NCBI GenBank assembly: GCA_963720755.1
Contig: CAVRGP010000011.1
Location: forward strand, 256,001-320,000
DNA length: 64,000 bases
Source: an uncultured Chloroflexia bacterium
GTDB lineage: Bacteria > Chloroflexota > Limnocylindria > Limnocylindrales > CSP1-4
Direction: 5' to 3'
Both the position numbers and the translations under genes were made by a program. Below, piece after piece: positions 58,344 to 64,000 of the stretch. How positions within the stretch are numbered: position 1 is the first letter of the stretch; the number at the start of each line of letters is the position of its first letter. The notes under the pieces were generated by a model that saw only the letters and a program-made list of their open reading frames with translations, was not told where the DNA came from and did not search any database.

Positions 58344-59012
58344 CTAGGCGGACGCCGGTTCGTCGTCCGCGCCGGTCACCTTGTAGATCGCGTAGCCGAT
58401 GATCCCGCCGATGGTCGGCCCGACGAGGTAGATCCAGAGGTTGCTCAGGTCGCCGCCGACCACCGCGGATCCGATCGAGCGGGCCGGGTTGACCGACGAC
58501 CCGCTGGTCGTCGCGATCGCGAAGTGGATGCCGACGAGGGTGAGCGGGATAGCGATCGCCGCCAGTCCTGGTGCCTTCTTGGTGACGGTCAGGATGACCA
58601 CCAGGAAGATGGCCGTGAAGATGGTCTCGAGGATCAGGGCGCCGCTTTCGGACACCCCAGGGCCAGGTGCCGAGATGCCGGCGGCGACCGCCGACTGGCT
58701 GATGGCGACGAGGATCACGGCCGCCGCGCCGATCGCCCCGATGACCTGGGCGATGATGTAGGCGAGACCATCCGCGGGCGTCGTCCGCTTGTCGAGGATC
58801 ATCGCGATCGTGACCGCAGGGTTGTAGTGGCCGCCGGACAGGTGGCCGAAGGCGAAGATCGCGGCGAGCAGACCGAGCCCGAACCCGAACGGCACCACCA
58901 CCAGTCCGCTGATCGGCGGATCGGCCACACCGACGGCGCTGACCGACGCGTAACCGAGCATCATGAACAGGAACGTTCCGAGCAATTCGCCGAGATAGGC
59001 GCGGGTGTTCAT
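58344..59012 (-). CDS. MIP family channel (aquaporin)
   Basis: two NPA motifs: SGGHYNPAVT and SVNPARS. Confidence 0.93.
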   Translation of the reverse strand: MNTRAYLGELLGTFLFMMLGYASVSAVGVADPPISGLVVVPFGFGLGLLAAIFAFGHLSGGHYNPAVTIAMILDKRTTPADGLAYIIAQVIGAIGAAAVILVAISQSAVAAGISAPGPGVSESGALILETIFTAIFLVVILTVTKKAPGLAAIAIPLTLVGIHFAIATTSGSSVNPARSIGSAVVGGDLSNLWIYLVGPTIGGIIGYAIYKVTGADDEPASA

Positions 59013-59671
59013 GTGACCTCCAAATCGGACCCGGAAGTGGGCCGGTCCACGATACCGAGATTCACCCGTGCGGCGCGAATCAGCATCGCGTCCCGGGACG
59101 CCCGGCAGAGGACCTCGATGAGTTCCAGGCGGTCGACGGCGTGACCTGGGTCGTCACCGACCGCATATGCCCCGTGGCGCTCGAGCAGGACGGCGTTTGC
59201 GAACGGCTCCGGTGGCTCGGTGAGGGCCGCAGCGATGCGCCTGGCCAGGCGCTGACTGCCCGGGATCTCCGTCGTCACGTACGGCAATCGAGGGAGCAGG
59301 AGTGCGGTCTCGGGCAGATCGGCAGGATCCGGGATCTCGCCGGCCATGGTGAGGCCCATCGAGGCGGGCAGGTGGGCATGGGCGACCGCTCCGAGCTCGG
59401 GTCGAGCAGCATGCACGGCCCGGTGGATGGCCAGGTCGGAGGTCGGCGGAAGACCCGACGGCGACCGGGCGTCCTCGTCCGGCCGACCGATCGAGACGAT
59501 GACGAGATCATCCGGCGAGAGCTCGTCCTTGCGCCTCCCGGTCGGGGTCACGAGCAGCCGGTCTGCGTCCAGGCGGACCGACAGATTGCCTTCGGCCGCC
59601 GAGATCAGGCCCCGCGCACCGAGGCGCCGCCCGGCCGCGAGGATCGAATCGATGGCTGCAGAGGCGTCCAT
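59009..59671 (-). CDS. class II aldolase/adducin family protein
   Basis: EGNLSVR, TPTG..K, HAH, LLERHG; TAGGAT -10 6 nt before ATG 59671. Confidence 0.88.
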   Translation of the reverse strand: MDASAAIDSILAAGRRLGARGLISAAEGNLSVRLDADRLLVTPTGRRKDELSPDDLVIVSIGRPDEDARSPSGLPPTSDLAIHRAVHAARPELGAVAHAHLPASMGLTMAGEIPDPADLPETALLLPRLPYVTTEIPGSQRLARRIAAALTEPPEPFANAVLLERHGAYAVGDDPGHAVDRLELIEVLCRASRDAMLIRAARVNLGIVDRPTSGSDLEVT

Positions 59672-59722
59672 CGGCACATCCTACGGTCGATCGGCCCGTC
59701 CGGGGCGTCCGTGGATGCGGGT

Positions 59723-59860
59723 TCAGGCGGCCCGGGCGATCTCGCGATCGTCCGGCGCCCAGGCGACATCCACCCGAACGGAGCACGTCGCGCACTCGAT
59801 CGTCTCATCGCCGTCGATGGTTGCCTCCGCGGCGCACCATGGGCACTCGACATGGATCAT
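59723..59860 (-). CDS. 45-aa zinc-ribbon microprotein (not in the ORF track)
   Basis: MIHVECPWCAAEATIDGDETIECATCSVRVDVAWAPDDREIARAA*; GGGAG RBS upstream. Confidence 0.75.
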   Translation of the reverse strand: MIHVECPWCAAEATIDGDETIECATCSVRVDVAWAPDDREIARAA

Positions 59861-59920
59861 CTTGATGACTCCCCTGGATCGATCAGGAAGGACCGATGAC
59901 CGAAAGCATCGCGATGGCTT

Positions 59921-60847
59921 GTGACAGCTAGCGTGTCAACCCCGGCCTTCGAATTCCAGGCCGTGTCAAAGTCGTATGGCCGGACGACGGCGGTGACGGG
60001 GTTGACCCTGGCCGTCGGTCGAGGTGAACTGGTCGGACTTCTCGGGCCGAATGGCGCCGGCAAGACGACGGTGGTCAAGCTGCTCCTTGGACTGGTCCGG
60101 CCGACGAGTGGCACCGGGCGCGTCCTGGGTCGGCCACTTGGCGATCGCAGCGCCAGATCGCGGGTCGGCTATCTGCCCGAGATGTTCCGATACCAGCCGT
60201 GGATGAGTGCGCGCGAGGTGCTGCGTCTCCACGCCGAGCTCGCGGCGATCGAAACAGCCGACCGTCGCGCGGCGGTCGATGCGGCGCTCGTTCAGGTCGG
60301 GCTGGACGACCGAGCCGACGATCGTGTCGGGAGCTTCTCGAAGGGCATGCAGCAACGCCTGGGGCTGGCCGTGGCCCTGCTTGGCGATCCCGAGCTCATC
60401 CTGCTCGACGAACCGACCTCGGCCCTCGATCCGATGGGCCGAATGGACGTCCGCTCGATCGTCCGAGCGGCGGCGGATCGAGGGGCGACGGTCGTGCTCA
60501 ACTCGCACCTCCTGACCGAGGTGGAACGCGTGTGCGATCGGGTGATCATCCTCGACCGCGGGGCCGTCCTGGCGTCGGGTACGCTCGATGAGGTCGCACC
60601 TTCCGACGGGGTTCGTGTCCGGCTGGGTCCATCGGTGGCGCTGGCGTCGACCATCGCGGCCACGTTCGGGTCGGTGGCGATCGACGGCGAGTGGTTGACC
60701 GTTCGGCCCCTTCCTTCGGAACGGATCCCTGACCTCATCGCGGCGATCGTCGCGGCCGGGGGTCGGATCCAGGCGGTCGAACCCGGTCGCGCCTCGCTGG
60801 AGGCGCGGTTCCTCGCCCTCCTGACCGAGCGGTCCACCGACGCATGA
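59921..60847 (+). CDS. ABC-2 type exporter ATP-binding protein
   Basis: GPNGAGKTT, FSKGMQQR, LLDEPTSALD, NSHLL. Confidence 0.92.
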   Translation: MTASVSTPAFEFQAVSKSYGRTTAVTGLTLAVGRGELVGLLGPNGAGKTTVVKLLLGLVRPTSGTGRVLGRPLGDRSARSRVGYLPEMFRYQPWMSAREVLRLHAELAAIETADRRAAVDAALVQVGLDDRADDRVGSFSKGMQQRLGLAVALLGDPELILLDEPTSALDPMGRMDVRSIVRAAADRGATVVLNSHLLTEVERVCDRVIILDRGAVLASGTLDEVAPSDGVRVRLGPSVALASTIAATFGSVAIDGEWLTVRPLPSERIPDLIAAIVAAGGRIQAVEPGRASLEARFLALLTERSTDA

Positions 60848-61695
60848 TCGTCATCGCCCGGCTGACGATCCAGGAGCTCGTCCGACGACGGATCATCTGG
60901 GTCCTGGCGATCCTGTCGATCGTGTCGGTCGCCCTCGTCGGATGGGGCCTGGACCGGCTCGTGTCGCTCGCGCGTCAAGACGGGACCGCCGAGCTGACGA
61001 TCCGGATCGGTGTGTCACAGATCCTGATCCTGGTGGCCTTCATGTTCAACTTCGTCCTGGCGATGACCGCCGCCTTCGTCGGCGCTCCGGCCATCGGTGG
61101 GGACCTCGAGAGCGGGGTCGCTTACGCGATCCTCGCCCGACCCCTCCGGCGCACGGGACTCCTGCTCGGTCGCTGGCTGGGCTCGGCCGTTGTCGTCGTC
61201 GGGTACGCCGTGGTCTCCGGCTTCCTGGCCATCGCCGTTGCCGCTTTCGTGTCCGGATATTGGCCGCCGGACCCGCCATTCGCTCTGGTGTTCCTGGCCG
61301 CCCAGGCGCTGGTCCTGCTGACCTTGACCCTGGCACTCGGATCGGTCCTGCCGTCGATCGCGGCGGGTGCGATCGCGGTCGTGGCGTTCGGTCTCGGCTG
61401 GATGGCAGGGGTGATGGCCGGGGTCGCGGCGGCGCTGGGTGTGACCGGACTGGCCACCGCCGTCACGATCAGCCACTGGATCCTGCCGAGCGATGGCCTG
61501 TGGCGCGGCGTCATCTACGGCCTGGAACCACCGCTCGTCATCCTCATCGCCGCCGGCCGCGCGCCCGATCTCGTCGAGGCCAACCCGTTCTACGCGGCCG
61601 AGCCACCGTCCCCGCTCTTCGTGGCCTGGTCGATCGTCTGGATCGCGCTCGTCATCGGGCTGTCATCGTGGTGGTTCGAACGGCGCGACCTGTAG
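60844..61695 (+). CDS. ABC-2 type exporter permease
   Basis: six TM segments, DLESG...LARPLRR..LLGRW, C-terminal FERRDL. Confidence 0.88.
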   Translation: MIVIARLTIQELVRRRIIWVLAILSIVSVALVGWGLDRLVSLARQDGTAELTIRIGVSQILILVAFMFNFVLAMTAAFVGAPAIGGDLESGVAYAILARPLRRTGLLLGRWLGSAVVVVGYAVVSGFLAIAVAAFVSGYWPPDPPFALVFLAAQALVLLTLTLALGSVLPSIAAGAIAVVAFGLGWMAGVMAGVAAALGVTGLATAVTISHWILPSDGLWRGVIYGLEPPLVILIAAGRAPDLVEANPFYAAEPPSPLFVAWSIVWIALVIGLSSWWFERRDL

Positions 61696-62292
61696 TCCGC
61701 CGCCCGCGTCGACCCGGTACCGGAAGCATCCGGGCAGGTGGTCATCGACCAGGCCGATGCTCTGCATGAAGGCATAGACGGTCGTGGAACCGACGAACCG
61801 GAAGCCGCGCCGTCGGAGGTCGGCTGACAGGGCGTCCGATGCTGCGGTGGTGGCCGGCACATCGGTCTCGGTCGCGTTGGCCGCGAGGCGCCTCGGTGGC
61901 GGCGGGACACGGTCGGTCAGATACGCGCCGAACGAGCCGAATGCCGCGGCGACCGCCAGGAACGCCCGGGCGTTGCCGATCGTGGCGTCGATCTTGGCGC
62001 GATTCCGAACGATCCCGGCGTCGGCCATCAGCCGTGTTCTGGCGGTCTCGTCGAGCGCTGCGACGAGTCGCGGGTCGAAACCCCGGAACGCCGCCCGGAA
62101 GGCCGGTCGCTTGTGCAGGATCGTCGCCCAGGACAGACCGGCCTGGAAGGATTCGAGCGCCAGTCGTTCGAACAGATCGATCTCACCGTCGACGGGCGTG
62201 CCCCATTCGTCGTCGTGATAGGCGACCATCGCCACGTCCGGGATCGGACGATCGGCACCGGCCCAGGAGCACCGCGGGCGAGGATCGATCAC
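61663..62292 (-). CDS. tag: DNA-3-methyladenine glycosylase I
   Basis: RCSW, YHDDEWG, LESFQAGLSW, IVRNRAKI, FRFVG.TT.YAFMQ..DDH..C. Confidence 0.95.
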   Translation of the reverse strand: MIDPRPRCSWAGADRPIPDVAMVAYHDDEWGTPVDGEIDLFERLALESFQAGLSWATILHKRPAFRAAFRGFDPRLVAALDETARTRLMADAGIVRNRAKIDATIGNARAFLAVAAAFGSFGAYLTDRVPPPPRRLAANATETDVPATTAASDALSADLRRRGFRFVGSTTVYAFMQSIGLVDDHLPGCFRYRVDAGGGLQVAPFEPPR

Positions 62293-62311
62293 CTCCGAAC
62301 GTTCACCCTGG

Positions 62312-63673
62312 TCAGGGGATCGGCGCCAGCGCGAACAGCGTGCTCCGCATCATCGGATCGGCCTTGGGCCGGCCGGCATTGAAGACGGAGCGGAAGACCG
62401 CACCGGAGACCTGCTTCGTTCCGGACGTGCCGATCAGGGTCACACTGATGAGCCGGCCCGAGACTCCGATATCGCCGAGGTCGAGCGCGGTCAGCGTCCC
62501 CACGGCGGTCCGCTTGTCGGCCGCGAACCAGGCCGACACCTGGCCGATCGTGTATCGGCGGGTATGCCACGTCGCGTACGGAGCGGCAGCGTCGTAGGCG
62601 CTCCCGTCGGGCGCGCGGTCCACGGATCCCCGGAGATAGCTCACCGGGCCTGCGACGATGGCCCCGGTCGACGATGTGAAGACGTTCTCGTTCGACTCCG
62701 TCGCGCCGCCGCCGGTCGAATGGAACAGCGCATTGGCGATTGCATCGCCACTCATCAGGACGATCCCGGCCGTGGTGCTGATCGTCGCGTTCGTCGACGC
62801 GCGCTCGCCCTTCTTGCCGAGGTAGACCTGGGAGGCTGACGTGTCCACGACGTCGTAGTAGGACACCCCCGGTCGCAGCCGACGGGCCGCATATGACCGT
62901 GCCGCGATCGATTGCGCCTCGAGGGCGGCCGTCGGCCAGGTCGACGGCATCTCAGCCGGGACGACGCCCCGCAGATAGGTGTCGATCCCCACCTCGTTGA
63001 CGACCTTCAGCTTCGGCGCTGTCGGGGCGGTGATGACCCGAAGCGAACCGCGGTACTTGTCGTAGGTCGTCGGCTTCGATGCCAGCTGGAGCCGTCCGCC
63101 GGCCAACGTCGGCCGGACGAGGAGGTCGGCCGGTTTCGCGATGTCAAGCAGCACACTGCCGTCCTTCGACGAGACCCGGACGCGCCAGGTCGTCGGCTTG
63201 CCGGTGGCGGTCGTCGGGATCACCCGGAGGGCGGCGCCGGCCGGAAACACCCCGTCGATGCCGTCGATCGTCCACGTGGAGCCGCGGCCGTAGATCAAGA
63301 GCGGCGCGGAGGCGGTCGCCTTCCACTTCCAGAGGACACGGATCCGGATCGGCGTGTTGGGATCGATCGACCCGAGCGTCGTCCCGTCGTAGTAATGCGC
63401 CAGGATCGTTGGCGCATCCTCGCCCGCGAGGGCTCGACCGCGAGCTCCGTACTGGGACATGCCGACGCCGTGTCCGTAGCCGCGGCCGTAGAACTTGATC
63501 GTGGGACCGAGGACGGTCGGCCCGTCGGTGGACGCCGCCGGCGTCGTCGCCGCCGAGGCCGCTCGGACCGGGACCGTCGTCGGACCGAAGCTGGCGATCG
63601 TCGCGACGAACAGGGCCGTGATGATCACGGGCAGGAAGGGTCGGGCGCGTTGGCGGGTTCGATCGACTGTCAC
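62312..63673 (-). CDS. SpoIID/LytB domain peptidoglycan lytic transglycosylase
   Basis: signal peptide, GRGYGHGVGMSQYGA, YLRGVVPAEM, ALEAQSIAARSY, FHSTGGG.TE. Confidence 0.9.
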   Translation of the reverse strand: MTVDRTRQRARPFLPVIITALFVATIASFGPTTVPVRAASAATTPAASTDGPTVLGPTIKFYGRGYGHGVGMSQYGARGRALAGEDAPTILAHYYDGTTLGSIDPNTPIRIRVLWKWKATASAPLLIYGRGSTWTIDGIDGVFPAGAALRVIPTTATGKPTTWRVRVSSKDGSVLLDIAKPADLLVRPTLAGGRLQLASKPTTYDKYRGSLRVITAPTAPKLKVVNEVGIDTYLRGVVPAEMPSTWPTAALEAQSIAARSYAARRLRPGVSYYDVVDTSASQVYLGKKGERASTNATISTTAGIVLMSGDAIANALFHSTGGGATESNENVFTSSTGAIVAGPVSYLRGSVDRAPDGSAYDAAAPYATWHTRRYTIGQVSAWFAADKRTAVGTLTALDLGDIGVSGRLISVTLIGTSGTKQVSGAVFRSVFNAGRPKADPMMRSTLFALAPIP

Positions 63674-63787
63674 GGGCTCCTCGGTGTGGCGGTGGGACGA
63701 GGATGACGAACCCACCGGCGGCCGGCCATGACCCGACGGGACCAGGACTGTGGTACCCGTCGTTCGTCGTCAGGCTACCCTGTATCG

Positions 63788-64000
63788 ATGGTCGCGTGCT
63801 GCTACCTGGGACACGGCGCGAGCGGCAACGCTGCGAGCATGGCGCCATTCGTCGAGGGCCTGGCGATCCGCGGGATCCCGGCAAGCGCCATCGACTTGCC
63901 GAGGCGCCGGGCCGAGGATGCCGTGGGTGCGTTCCATCAGGCGGTCCCGTCGGCCGATGGGATCGCCGTCGGCGGTCACTCCTACGGTGGTCGCGTGGCC
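63788..64000 (+). CDS. alpha/beta hydrolase, 3'-truncated by the window edge
   Basis: translates MVACCYLGHGASG...IAVGGHSYGGRVA (GxSxG); TACCCT -10 6 nt upstream. Confidence 0.8.
   Translation, partial: MVACCYLGHGASGNAASMAPFVEGLAIRGIPASAIDLPRRRAEDAVGAFHQAVPSADGIAVGGHSYGGRVA

Noticed and set aside
61663-61695. 33-nt convergent overlap of tag and the ABC permease
   Set aside because: Short convergent overlaps are common in GC-rich genomes; both genes look intact

Overview
High-GC bacterial chromosomal region made up of housekeeping and accessory metabolic genes; gene content and style suggest Chloroflexota, possibly Limnocylindria/Ellin6529 (inference only). I found no rRNA, tRNA, CRISPR array, transposase or prophage. 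In order: threonine genes (hom-thrC-thrB, lysC); a long coupled operon birA - ECF sigma - membrane partner - fused accD/accA - lysine-less BCCP paralogue - accC - fabZ - metallophosphoesterase - fabF - accB - fabH - small ORF - fabG; ugd; an MBL-rhodanese fusion; two GGDEF cyclases; polX with a membrane protein; a TPR/HIRAN-like acidic-tail protein; an 883-aa degenerate methyltransferase/nuclease-like protein; an IclR-linked amine catabolic cluster; mscS; acs; an orphan CpaE/ParA with a coiled-coil partner; moaA; an intergenic DnaA-box cluster with a promoter and structured RNA; PNP; thyX; a cNMP-binding protein plus adenylate cyclase-STAND-TPR; a CocE/NUDIX/SolA/peptide-ABC cluster; aquaporin with a class II aldolase; an unannotated Zn-ribbon microprotein; an ABC exporter; tag; spoIID; and a partial alpha/beta hydrolase. 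The strongest candidates for new biology are (1) a non-biotinylatable, plant-BADC-like BCCP paralogue inside a bacterial acc/fab operon that also carries an ECF sigma pair, (2) a DnaA-box-controlled promoter driving a candidate ~85-nt ncRNA, and (3) the pseudo-MTase/nuclease and TPR-HIRAN genes beside PolX. All calls come from reading motifs by eye; no database searches were run.
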